This document shows, piece by piece, positions 34,198-45,463 of a stretch of 57,750 bases of DNA; position 1 is the stretch's first letter, and each line of letters begins with the position of its first letter. The position numbers and the translations under genes are program-made. Where the stretch lies: assembly GCA_012862495.1 (NCBI GenBank), contig BLSG01000397.1, positions 1-57,750 on the forward strand. The letters are read 5' to 3'. This stretch comes from Thraustochytrium aureum. Lineage: Eukaryota. Below the pieces are notes generated by a model, which worked only from the letters and a program-made list of their open reading frames with translations, was not told the origin of the DNA and did no database searches.

Positions 34198-34908
34198 CTA
34201 CTCGACGGCCTCCGGCGCCGGCTCGGCGGCCGCTTCTGGCAGCTCCACGGCCTCGCCCGAGCCGAGCTCGGCTTTGGCGTCGGCCAGCGCAGCCACGTCC
34301 GCCATCGTGCTCTTGTCCAGGGCGCACTTGCTGAGCAGATTCGCTGCGCCGGCCTGCGCGTGAGCGATCGTGTACGCGTTGACGAGCGGGATCGCGTTGA
34401 CAAGCGACATCGGGATCGCAAAGCCGAGCATCACGAAAAAGTTCTTGTGGAGGAACTTGCGCTCCTCGGCGAACGAGTCGATCGTGCTGATGTAGGGCAT
34501 GAGGAGGTCGCGGCCAAAGCGCTCTGCAACGAGCACAGCCTGCCCCCCCGCCGCGATGATACTGCCCATCGGCAATACGCCCAGCGCGTTGACGACAAGG
34601 GACCAGAACGTAAAGTGCCAGTCCGTGCGGAGCTTGGCGTACAGCTTGCTTGGACTCAGCGCGCTCTTCTTTGGCACAGTTTGCACGCGCTTCTCAAGCA
34701 CGGTGGCTAGCGGCGCGTTGACTCGCTCCAGCTCGGCCATGAACACCTTGCTGAACAGGCTTTGCCGCGCTGGCGAGTTGCGCACAAAGGCAAACCCCCA
34801 CAGCGGGGTCATCTGGAACACGTTGAGGATGCTCCCCGGAGACCAGAACGCCACGGCGGCCGTCACCGGCCACAGCACGAGCATGGCCACGATGATGCCG
34901 CCGTACAG
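34198..34908 (-). CDS. EI24/CysZ-like multi-pass membrane protein; 5' part in gap
   Basis: Several TM helices; C-terminal MLGFAIPMSLVNAIPLV...AQAGAANLL resembles EI24-family ends; GC3-rich codons. Confidence 0.6.
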   Translation of the reverse strand: MYGGIIVAMLVLWPVTAAVAFWSPGSILNVFQMTPLWGFAFVRNSPARQSLFSKVFMAELERVNAPLATVLEKRVQTVPKKSALSPSKLYAKLRTDWHFTFWSLVVNALGVLPMGSIIAAGGQAVLVAERFGRDLLMPYISTIDSFAEERKFLHKNFFVMLGFAIPMSLVNAIPLVNAYTIAHAQAGAANLLSKCALDKSTMADVAALADAKAELGSGEAVELPEAAAEPAPEAVE

Positions 34909-35404
34909 NNNNNNNNNNNNNNNNNNNNNNNNNNNNNNNNNNNNNNNNNNNNNNNNNNNNNNNNNNNNNNNNNNNNNNNNNNNNNNNNNNNNNNNNNNNN
35001 NNNNNNNNNNNNNNNNNNNNNNNNNNNNNNNNNNNNNNNNNNNNNNNNNNNNNNNNNNNNNNNNNNNNNNNNNNNNNNNNNNNNNNNNNNNNNNNNNNNN
35101 NNNNNNNNNNNNNNNNNNNNNNNNNNNNNNNNNNNNNNNNNNNNNNNNNNNNNNNNNNNNNNNNNNNNNNNNNNNNNNNNNNNNNNNNNNNNNNNNNNNN
35201 NNNNNNNNNNNNNNNNNNNNNNNNNNNNNNNNNNNNNNNNNNNNNNNNNNNNNNNNNNNNNNNNNNNNNNNNNNNNNNNNNNNNNNNNNNNNNNNNNNNN
35301 NNNNNNNNNNNNNNNNNNNNNNNNNNNNNNNNNNNNNNNNNNNNNNNNNNNNNNNNNNNNNNNNNNNNNNNNNNNNNNNNNNNNNNNNNNNNNNNCTTTG
35401 CGTG

Positions 35405-36831
35405 TTACTTTTTCGGGACAAAGCTCGGGAAGCCAGTGATGGCGCGGCCGAGGATGAGCGCGTGGATGTCGTGCGTGCCCTCGTACGTGTTGACGGCCTC
35501 CAGGTTCATGACGTGGCGGATTCTGCGCGAGGGGAATGCGTCAGCGTGTGGCAGTCTTGCAAGACGCGGGGCCCAACCGCGGCGAGCCGCGGAACAAAGC
35601 GGGCAAGCGAAAGCGATAGTGAAAACCAAACTTACACGTGGTACTCGTCCGAGATCCCGTTCCCGCCAAGCATGTCGCGCGCCACCCGGGCGATGTTGAG
35701 CGCCTTGCCGCAGTTGTTGCGCTTGATCATCGAGATCATCTCGGGCGCGGCCTTCTTGGCCTCCTTGAGACGGCCGACCTGGATCGCAGCCTGAAGCCCA
35801 AGCGTGATCTCGGTCGACATGTCCGCGAGCTTGAGCTGCACAAGCTGGTTTTTGGCGAGCGGCGAGCCGAACTGCTGGCGGTCGAGCGTGTACTGGCGAG
35901 CAATGTCCATGCACGCCTGCGCGGCGCCCATGGCCCCCCACGCGATGCCGAAGCGCGCGTTGTTCAAGCAGCTAAACGGGCCCGTCAGGCCCTTGACGTT
36001 CGGGAGCATGTTTTCAGCCGGGACCTTGACGTCCTCCATGAAGATCATGCCGGTCTTGGAGGCGCGCAGCGAGAATTTGCCCTCGATCACCGGCGCCGAG
36101 ATCCCGGCCATCTCCTTTTCGAGGATAAAGCCGCGGATGTCGCCCTCGTCGTCCTTGGCCCAAACGACAAAGATGTCTGCGATGGGCGAGTTTGTGATCC
36201 AGTTCTTGGCGCCGTTGATGACGAACGAGCCGTCGCTCTGCTTGCGCGCGCGCGTCTCCATGCTGGACGGGTCGCTGCCGTGGTTCGGCTCGGTGAGGCC
36301 GAAGCAGCCGACCGTCTCGCCCGTGGCCAGCTTGGGCAGGTACTTGAGCTTTTGCTCTTCCGAGCCCCAGTCGTTGATGGGGCCCATCACCAGGGAGCTC
36401 TGCACCGACATGGCGGACCGGTACGAGCTGTCGACGCGCTCGACCTCGCGCGCGATCAGGCCGTACGCGACGTAGCCGACGCCGGCGCCGCCGTACTTTT
36501 CGGGGACGGTCGGGCCGAGGAAGCCGAGCTCGCCCATCTCGTTCATGATCTCGCGGTCAAAGGTCTCGTGCCGGTTGGCCATCAAAATGCGCGGCATAAG
36601 CTTCTCCTGGCAGTACGAGCGGGCCGCGTCGCGCACCATGCGCTCCTCGTCCGAGAGCTGCGAGTCGAGGTTGAGCGGGTCTTCCCACTTGTACTCCACG
36701 TACCCCTTGGACGCCAGCGATTCGCCCGGCGCGCTGGACAGCGCGCGAGCCGCCCTGCTCGCCCCGCCCACGCTGCGCCGCATCGCGCCTTGCCGCGCGA
36801 CGCCGAGGACACTGGCCATGGCGCGCGCCAT
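35405..36831 (-). CDS. GCDH: Glutaryl-CoA dehydrogenase, mitochondrial, 2 exons
   Basis: Transit peptide; [54 protein letters not shown]. Intron 35523-35635 restores [31 protein letters not shown]. Confidence 0.97.
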
Positions 36832-38309
36832 TCCGACCGCAAATTCGCCTCTTGACCGACCGCCGCGTCCAACACCTCGGCCGCCCGCTCCTCGTCCCAC
36901 GCTCGGCCTGCTCGCTGTCCGTGCGCTCGCGCCTTTGCAGCTTGCGCGGCCGCGACGTGCGTGTGGAGGCTGCGATGGATGTGGGTCTGCAGCGCTTCAG
37001 GGTCGTTTGCATCCCAAACTTGACTCGCATGCAGAAAAGGAAACAAGTCCATCCATCGAAGGGCAGCAAGCCAACAACATCCATCCAGGCCGGTGGCACC
37101 TCCTCATCAATCGCTCACTCACTCCACCTTGCCACTATCTTCATGCGGGGCTTCAGAGCGCCTGGCGAGGCGCTGCCCGCGGCCCTCTGGCCTGCCTGAT
37201 GCGCGGTCGAGAGGGCCCGGTTTCGCCGACTTGGCGATCGTTGAGAGGCTCTGCCGGCCGCGGTCCAGCTCGGCTTCATGAGGCTTGCTGGACCTACTTC
37301 GACTCGGACGGCACTCGGCGGATGCCGTCCGCCATCCCACTGGTGGTTGGCCCGTCAGCTTTTTGCGGAGGCAGAGCGCTCATCTCGTGGTCCATGCAGT
37401 CGTTGGAGCACGCACGCACGCTCTCGCGCGATGGTGAGAGGTTTGGGGCCCGGAGATCACAAAAACGTTGGCGCAGGAACGCCTCGTTGATCCACGGTCG
37501 CTGGACGCCGCCCGCCGCAACGGTCGGGATTCTTGCTCGCCGCCCACCTCGAGCCAGTGCGCTGTTGCACCCGGCGACAAACCCTCTCGCGCTCGAGCGC
37601 CCCATCAACTTGCTTCGTGCTTGTCACATGCAAAAGCGCCCCATCAACTCATCGACTTGCACCGTTGTACTTTAGCTAGTTGGTAAGTACCCCATCATCT
37701 GCGATTTGCCGCATCGGCACGGAGTTCAGGCAGGCATCATCCGCGGTCGTCTGCAGCTGGCAGCTCTTGCCGAAGAAGAAGAGCCGAGACCCGACCAGAC
37801 CCCACGATCATCCAGGGCCCTGTCCAACAACCAACGAGCCCTCGTTCGTGTCGCAATGTCGCCATCGCGCGCGTCCAATGTTGCAAACTGGGGTGCATGG
37901 ACTGGTTTATGTGCGCTCTCAAAACGCTCAATCACCTGGTTACCGCGAGGCTATCGCTTTCATCCAAAATGTGCCGAGGTTCCAGGTTGACTGCGTCGCT
38001 CTGCACCTCTTGCTTTGCAACATCGGGTTTGGCGGTAGTCGAACCTGTTCTGGTGCCCGTGCGTGTGCAAAACAAACTGGGGCAAGCCAGGCCTGCTGCT
38101 GTTGTGTCACGCAGGTCGACCGCTACAGTACCTGGTGCGGTGACATCTGCGGGAATGGCCTCCCCGCTCGGTGGGCAGCTTCAGAACCCCAACATCCATC
38201 ACAGCAATCAATAGCTGGCCGCACACTGCAATTCGAGACCGCGAGCACCAAGCACCAAGCAGCCGAACGGAGCAACATCGCCGATCAAACGGCGCCCCGG
38301 CGCTCAACG

Positions 38310-39188
38310 ATGGCCCCAGCACGCAGCATCATCGGCCTGACGTGGGCTGCGCTTTTTCTGGCAGCAGCCACGCCGACTTCAGGCCACCTGTTCTTTCAAT
38401 GTCCGAGCGCCAGGACCTGCTTTTATGGGGGCGCGTACGATGGCCATGGTGGGTCGCCGGGGGACGGCCCATGGCGGCAGGCGCCATGCGATCGCGCGGC
38501 TGTCGAGCCGCAAACGACCGTTTTAGCCGGCTCGGCCATGTGCCTCTCCGTTCACGAGTTCGTGCCGCACCCTGGGAACTTTGCCATTCGGCTCGCGGCG
38601 AGCGCTATCAACCCGGGCGATGCGGAGCCGGACTGGTTTGTCTTGAAGGAAGCTGTGCAGTCGACCAACGGAGCGACAACCGGATACCAACGGTTCTCTG
38701 TCCAGCTCCCCGCCAACCTGACTTGCGACCACTGCACGATCCAGGTTCGCCAATATGCGGCGGACTTTGACTGGTACTACTACGCCTGCACTGACATTCG
38801 CATCGTCGCTGCCAGCTCGAGCGCCCTGGTTTCGGCCAACGAGGCATGTGGGGCTCAGGCCCTGAGCCAGTGCGCATGGGAAGAGGGCCCCGCTCTTGTT
38901 CGCGCAAAAATCCTCTCCACAATCGTCTATGGCTCGGTCGGGATGGTGAGCTTTCTGATATTCGTTGCATGGGTGGTGATTACGTGGCGCTCGTCGGCGC
39001 CAGAGAGGGTGCAAGACTCTCTTCCCACATCGGGCAAGGGTGTTGACGAAGCAAAGCGCGGCGCGTGCGGCCAATTCCTGGCAAAGGCGGCAGCACGCAA
39101 GCGTTCTCTGGGAGCAGTGCTTCTTGCTATTGCTGTTTCATTTGGGATCACGCTCGGCGTGCTTGCGGGAGTAACGTCATGCTCCTAG
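38310..39188 (+). CDS. Histidine-brace LPMO-like copper protein with signal peptide and two C-terminal TM helices (292 aa)
   Basis: Signal peptide ending TSG followed by His26; P..R, APC, second His in VPHPG (His87), LPANLTCDHCTIQ, YYYACTDIRI; TMs ILSTIVYG...VITW and LGAVLLAI...LAGV. Confidence 0.82.
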   Translation: MAPARSIIGLTWAALFLAAATPTSGHLFFQCPSARTCFYGGAYDGHGGSPGDGPWRQAPCDRAAVEPQTTVLAGSAMCLSVHEFVPHPGNFAIRLAASAINPGDAEPDWFVLKEAVQSTNGATTGYQRFSVQLPANLTCDHCTIQVRQYAADFDWYYYACTDIRIVAASSSALVSANEACGAQALSQCAWEEGPALVRAKILSTIVYGSVGMVSFLIFVAWVVITWRSSAPERVQDSLPTSGKGVDEAKRGACGQFLAKAAARKRSLGAVLLAIAVSFGITLGVLAGVTSCS

Positions 39189-39289
39189 ACTTGGTAGATT
39201 CGTTAGGAAATCCATTCTATTCCATGCATCACAACGAGGTCAAACCCGTTAAAAGAGCTCTAGCTAGCCCAGAGGCGACGCTTGATTGA

Positions 39290-41971
39290 TCACGCCCGCA
39301 TGAGCGCCGCAAAGTGCTCAACGTCTGACAGGGTCGGATATTTCGCCACCGTCTCCTCAAGCATCGCGCGCACCGCCGAGCTGACCGCTCGTNNNNNNNN
39401 NNNNNNNNNNNNNNNNNNNNNNNNNNNNNNNNNNNNNNNNNNNNNNNNNNNNNNNNNNNNNNNNNNNNNNNNNNNNNNNNNNNNNNNNNNNNNNNNNNNN
39501 NNNNNNNNNNNNNNNNNNNNNNNNNNNNNNNNNNNNNNNNNNNNNNNNNNNNNNNNNNNNNNNNNNNNNNNNNNNNNNNNNNNNNNNNNNNNNNNNNNNN
39601 NNNNNNNNNNNNNNNNNNNNNNNNNNNNNNNNNNNNNNNNNNNNNNNNNNNNNNNNNNNNNNNNNNNNNNNNNNNNNNNNNNNNNNNNNNNNNNNNNNNN
39701 NNNNNNNAGGAAAACTCGCCAATGATTAGGTCCACGACCGCCTGAACCTGCTCGTGGCTGCGCTTTGCTGCTTGCAAGGCGCGAAACAGAGGCGCCGCCA
39801 GGGCAGTGAAAACAGCCTCGGGGGCCAGCCCCGCCAACGCGCCGTCGGGGCCGCAGACGCGCCTCGAATCGTCACCCCCCGCGGACCGTCGCATGAGCGC
39901 AGTCAAAACCGCGACGTGGGCTGCACTCGCCTGCTTGCCGATCGCCGACCTGTTGGTGACCATCCAGCGCAGCAGGGCGGCCCCGTCCCAACTGTCAACG
40001 AGCCTTGGGAACGACTCCCCCTCGAGCGACGAGGACGGAGTGCGCACTACGATCGAACCCTGACCAGCCAACACGCCATTCAGCATGCCCTCGTCGTCAA
40101 AACGCCGAAAGGGATTCAAAGAGCGCTGGCGTGAATGCCGGACAGTGCCCAAGCACTGGGGCCAGCGCAACGCAAACAACGAGGTTTAGGCCGGCACCAG
40201 CATTCTTTGCGCTTGCGGCGGCAGCCAGGATGAGGTCGACGGCGGTCAGGCTGAGGTCTGCATCGACGCCCGGGCGCAAAAGCTCGCTGCCCAAGAGCAC
40301 CAGCTGCGCCCGGACTTCCCACCAGTCGTCGCGAGCGACCTGCGATAAGCTGCTGAGGAGGGCATGGGCAACCCTTTGCCGGTCTGTGGGCGCAGACATC
40401 TGGGGGCATTTCGCCTCGCTCTCCTCGTCGGCCTCGATGCTCTGGGGCGCTGCAGCGGCGCGCGCCATGGACACGATTACTCGGCGCAGAACTGCGACGC
40501 TCGCGGCGCGGACAGACGGCGACGCGTGCACAATACCTTGTAGGCCCACGCGCGCGTACTCTGCGCTGAGTGGCTCCGCGATGTCGATCTGCCCAGACTC
40601 TTCTTCGCCTAAGAAAGGCAGCAGCGCGGCGAGGCACGCGACATAGGCGCGGAAATCTCCGAGCGCCGTTTGCAACGACCGCGTGACTCGAACGTGTCCA
40701 GGTGCCTGAGGCGGGCAAAAGCCCGCAAACACGGCCATGCCGCTTGCGCGACTGTCAAAGTTGGCGCTCCGCAACCCCTTCGCAAGGGTTGGGAGGACAA
40801 AGTCTAGAAACAGGCCGGACGCCACAAGAGGGTTTGCGTCCGCGATGTACTTGCCGACTTGAAAGAGGAGCTGCCCTGCAGCCGGCGTGCCCCACTCGAC
40901 GAGCACGTTTGCCAATGGAGGCGCTAGCTGGGCAAACTCCGACGGAGCTGCGACAAAGCCTTGCGCGAGCTCCGCTGAGCTCTCTATCAGGAGGCGGAGC
41001 AAGCGGCACAGGTCCTGCTCGGACATCACAGAGTCCACGCCGTTCCTGATGCTCGCAAGCTCCGCCAGCAGGCTTTGAACGGTAAAGCCGGACTTTGCTC
41101 CAAGGGCCTCTGTCATCGCGCTCTCGAGCAGGACGGTTGGGCTCCCGGGCGCGCTGCTGCTGGCCTTCGTGAGCTTGTCAATGTCTCCGGCTTGTTTTGA
41201 CTCGGAGCTATGGTCTTGCAACTTGGATTCCTGCAGTAGAGAGGCGTGCGAAACGCTGCCCCCTCCGCCGCGCTGCGCGCGAAGCCTCATGACGTCATAG
41301 TCGAGCGCTTTGATGTTTACTGAGCCAGCTTTGACCTGCACGTCCGACAGGCCGGGCCCCACTTTGCGTGACTCGCCCCGCATCACCTTAGACGGCGCTC
41401 GCAGGCTGCTTCCCGTTCCCGACACTTGCGCTGGCAACAGTCCCGAGTCCTGCGCGTTAATGTCGCTACGCGGGACGAAAGGGTCCTCCTTTGGCGGCGC
41501 TGCCCGTTGCGATGCCTGTACCGACGGCTCGGACGCGCCAAGCTTGTGCTGCCTGCCCGGCACTGCACCGAGTACCTTTGGTGCGGCTTTGCGCGAGATC
41601 TGGCGGGCCGTCAGAAACGTGTACAGCAATGTCATGAACGCAATCACGGCGTCAGGGTCGCTGGCCATGACGCGGTCGACGATTTCCCGCTCGCCGGGCA
41701 GCTCGAGCCCGACCTTGCGGAACACAATGTGGAGCTGCCGCCAGTTGTCCCGCCGCTTGAGCTGGCTGAACCCGTTGTCAAACGAGTGCATCTGCACGAG
41801 ACCAGGAAAGTACCGTGAGAAGACCTCGGCGACGAGAAACCCATTTGAAAAGTCCCGGCGCACGTTGCGGATCGAGTAGGCCAGATCGAGCCCCTGCAGC
41901 CACTTGAGCACCTCGCGCGACAGCTGCGCCGTCGGCTTTGGCGCCGCGCCGCCCATGCCTAGGTGAGACAT
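39290..41971 (-). CDS. SPATA4/SPEF1-like CH-domain protein with long helical-repeat C-terminus; frameshift near 40100, internal gap
   Basis: LSREVLKWLQGLDLAYSIRNVRRDFSNGFLVAEVFSRYFP...SFDNG...RRDNW. HEAT-like segments (SPSVRAAS, DDWWEVRAQ). Removing one T at 40099-40102 continues DDEGMLNG...; beyond the gap ...VEHFAALMRA* at 39290. Confidence 0.8.
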
Positions 41972-42323
41972 GTCGGCGGCGTGCTGCCTCAGCACCGCCG
42001 CGCGCTCAAGAGCCCGCCTGGAGCAGGGAAAAACCGCTAGCGTACCAGCTGCTACTGCGCAGTCTGCGCCAGAGGGCCGCGAGACGCGCTGCGTGCACGC
42101 GCTGGCGAAGGCGGCGGCCGCTGCTCCTGGCGCTCGTCGGCTGCTCGGACGGACGCCTTTCGAGCTCTGCAGACGGAGGAGTTGCTAAACGCTTCGACAA
42201 CGGTAAAACGAAAGAACAAACCGAGCATCGCATCCCCAACCTTTGGGCAAGAAGCAGTGCAGCATTCAATCCACATCTCCAGCAGACGCTGGCGCCTGGT
42301 GGCGTGGGGCTTTGCCGACATCA

Positions 42324-42509
42324 GCAAATGGGACGCTGGTCGATGGGGTTTCATACGCTGCCGGCGATGCAGCTCGCTTCTTCAATTGTTCGATTGGCTG
42401 AAATACCTCGAGCGCAAATGGGACGCTGGTCGATGGGGCTGCATACGCTGCCGGCGTTGCAGCTCGCTTCTTCTTGATCAATTGTTCGATTGGCTGAAAT
42501 ACCTCGAGC
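42324..42509. repeat. ~90-bp near-perfect tandem duplication (42324-42413, 42414-42509)
   Basis: Two copies of GCAAATGGGACGCTGGTCGATGGGG...GAAATACCTCGAGC with a few substitutions and a 6-bp indel. Confidence 0.92.
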
Positions 42510-42698
42510 CAAAGAGAAGACAATAAGTTAGCCCTCTTTACAAGCAGACCAAACCAGCGCTCGATCCCTTCCGCAGCGGCCCGGCGGCGCGCCATCGAGA
42601 GGAAGGGCGAGGCCAGGTCTGCTGTGGTACACCGCATGGTCATGATGATAACTCTAGAGGAACCGCAGCCACAGGACGCGGCGAACGGGCCTCCCGCG

Positions 42699-43924
42699 CT
42701 AGGTGTCATCCGATTTTGCATCGAGCTGGGCGACAATCGAGTCCACGTCGGAATCCGTAGGCGAGGCCTCCGGAGCGCCGGCGGGGTTGCCCTTCGAGAC
42801 AACCGACGAAGTTGACCCGAAAACGAGCGCGAAGAGGCCCGTGTCCTTGAGGTACGAGGCCGTGTTGTGGTGTCTGCCAAGCTGGCACGTGAGGTCGGCG
42901 TAGACGCCGCACTGCTTCATGGGGAAAATGCGCCCCAGGACCTCGCGGTGCAGCAGAGTCAACATGGGCGAGTTTTCCTGCTCGCCAAGCGGAATGCGCT
43001 GAAAGTTTTCGCAGGGGAGCTTGTGGAACGGCTCTGGGTTGGTCTTGACGGTCGTGTCCAGGAAAACCGGCCCCGTTGCTGCAAGAACCGGCTTTTCAAA
43101 CTCGGACACGAGAATGCGAAAGGCGTGATTCCAGAATGGGTCGCCGCGCGGCGAGCTCATGAGGCTGTTCTGCACGAGCTCGTTGTAGAGGTACGGCGAC
43201 TCTACGAGGCTCACACGGTCCTTGGGGAGGTGGCCCCAAAAGTTGCGGAGCGGCTCGTAGTCGAGGTCGGCGTAAAGGCCCCCGTAGTGGTACATGATAA
43301 AGTAGCGCACGGCGTCGGCGCGCTGGATGTCGAATTTGTAGCCGTCATAATAGGGCAAGAACCAGCCGTAGTGCTCCTCGATGAGCTGGCGCTGCGATTC
43401 GTCCGTCCACAGGATGTGCGTGAACTCGGGCTCGGGGAACAGCGCCTTCCAGCGAGCTTGCCACTGCAGGTACTTTTCGTTTTCACCTTGTTGTTCTTCC
43501 ACTGCTGGTGGATCACCTTGGGAAGATCGGGGACAAAGCCGTCCGGCATGTTGGCGCGGTCGCTCTTCATGGTGGACACGTAGTTGAGGTTGCGGCGCGC
43601 AACCACGCAAGGGTCCTCTGTGTTGATGGCCCCAAACGTAAAGGTGAAGACCAGGTACAGAGCGAACAGGCCCAGCGCAGCGGCGACCACCTTGCAGAAC
43701 AGCGCCTGCGAGCACCTGCCGTCAAACTTGTCTTTCCTGTGCTTGCTGTTCCCGGCGGGCGAAAAGTTCTCGGGCACCAGCAGCCCTTCGTCCCCTGCCT
43801 GGTAGCTGCTCCCTCTGTGCCTCCGCACCACCTGCGTGGCCTGCCCGGCAACCATAGCCGCCAGCCGCGAGGTCGTTGACGACCTCCGCCGCTTCGAGTT
43901 CAGGTCTTTCTTCTCCGAAACCAT
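42699..43924 (-). CDS. GT32 glycosyltransferase (SUR1/CSG1 MIPC synthase/OCH1-like), type II membrane; frameshift near 43480
   Basis: TM VVAAALGLFALYLVFTFTF; LPKVIHQQWK, then (shifted) HILWTDE, IQRADAVRYFIMYHYGGLYADLD, NSLM, ATGPVFL. Confidence 0.88.
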
Positions 43925-44322
43925 CCCGCCCTGCGCGCCAGCACGACGGGCCGACAACCGCACGATCAGACAACAGCGAACAAGCTCTTGCGCGCGCGCT
44001 CGGCACCTGCGCGCTGCTCGAGCTCAAGCGGCTCTGGCGCCTCTGCACGTCTGCGCGCGCCCGCCAGCTGTCCACCTCGCCGTTTGGTAGCGCCAATGCA
44101 CCTTTCCATTGATCAAAATCAAGATTGATTTCAAGATTTCATGAACAAGAACAGTGCGCCAACTGACGGAGCAGCGGTGGACGGTCGAGTTGGCGCGGGC
44201 GGAGCGAGCCCCGAGCTGGTCTGCCTAAGCGCCCTGTCGCGCAGGCCGGCGACCTTGTTCTCTGCGGTTGTTTTGCCCTTTCTGGCGAGCGAGCGAGTGA
44301 GCGAGCGAGCGAGCGAGCGAAG

Positions 44323-45463
44323 ATGGCGCTGGTCCGCGTCCTCGCGCGACAAGGCTCTGCGCTGCGCGACTCGCTTGGACGGCGAGCGGGCAGGGCCTGG
44401 CTCTCGGGAGGCGCGGCGGAAGATGCGAAACGGGTTGCCTTGTGGGGCGCTGCGCCCAGCGACAGAGGGGGAGGGGCGAAAGTGTCAGGAGACGGCCTCG
44501 AAAGAGTTCGCCTACGGCACGACGACGACGGCGTCGTTTTCTTATCGATCGACCGCCCCAAGAAAGCCAACGCACTCAATATGACCGTCTTTGAGGAGCT
44601 CGAAACGAGCTTCGCTCGCATCGCAGCGGCGAGAGAGGCGGTCCGTTGTGTCGTGCTCGGAGGCGAAGGTCCCAACTTTTGCGCAGGGATCGATCTTGCC
44701 ACACTTGTGGCCCTCAAAACGACTACCTCAACGGAGTCCTGCCCCGCGCGCCAACGTGAGAACTTTGCTCGCGTTGTCGGTCGCATGCAGGCCGTGGTTT
44801 CGCTGCCCGAGGCCTGTCACGCACCTGTCATCGCTGCCACGCAGGGGATGTGCATCGNNNNNNNNNNNNNNNNNNNNNNNNNNNNNNNNNNNNNNNNNNN
44901 NNNNNNNNNNNNNNNNNNNNNNNNNNNNNNNNNNNNNNNNNNNNNNNNNNNNNNNNNNNNNNNNNNNNNNNNNNNNNNNNNNNNNNNNNNNNNNNNNNNN
45001 NNNNNNNNNNNNNNNNNNNNNNNNNNNNNNNNNNNNNNNNNNNNNNNNNNNNNNNNNNNNNNNNNNNNNNNNNNNNNNNNNNNNNNNNNNNNNNNNNNNN
45101 NNNNNNNNNNNNNNNNNNNNNNNNNNNNNNNNNNNNNNNNNNNNNNNNNNNNNNNNNNNNNNNNNNNNNNNNNNNNNNNNNNNNNNNNNNNNNNNNNNNN
45201 NNNNNNNNNNNNNNNNNNNNCTCGACTGTCTGGAGTCGCCTGACGCGCTCTCTGTGGCAGCGGCAAAGCTTGCGAAGGAAATTGCCTCCAAGTCGCCGAT
45301 CACCGTTCGGGGGATCAAGGCCAACATGAACTACAGCCGGGAGCACTCGGTGGCAGATGGGTTGGCGTATGTGTTGCGGTGGAACGCGGCGCACCTCATG
45401 TCGCAAGACCTGGACGACGTGGTCAAGAGCATCATGGCCAAGCGCGCCGCAAAGGCCAAATAG
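44323..45463 (+). CDS. Crotonase-family enzyme, Delta(3,5)-Delta(2,4)-dienoyl-CoA isomerase (ECH1-like); middle in gap
   Basis: Transit peptide; DRPKKANAL, FCAGIDL, PVIAATQGMCI; after the gap KSPITVRGIKANMNYSREHSVADGL..V..WNAAHLMSQDL. Confidence 0.88.

Noticed and set aside
35638..36855. Long antisense ORFs opposite GCDH and other genes
   Set aside because: Expected shadow ORFs from high GC3 codon bias; no independent motifs
37680..38309. Upstream in-frame extension of the LPMO-like ORF
   Set aside because: TTG start and non-coding-like composition; ATG 38310 gives a signal peptide directly before the conserved His
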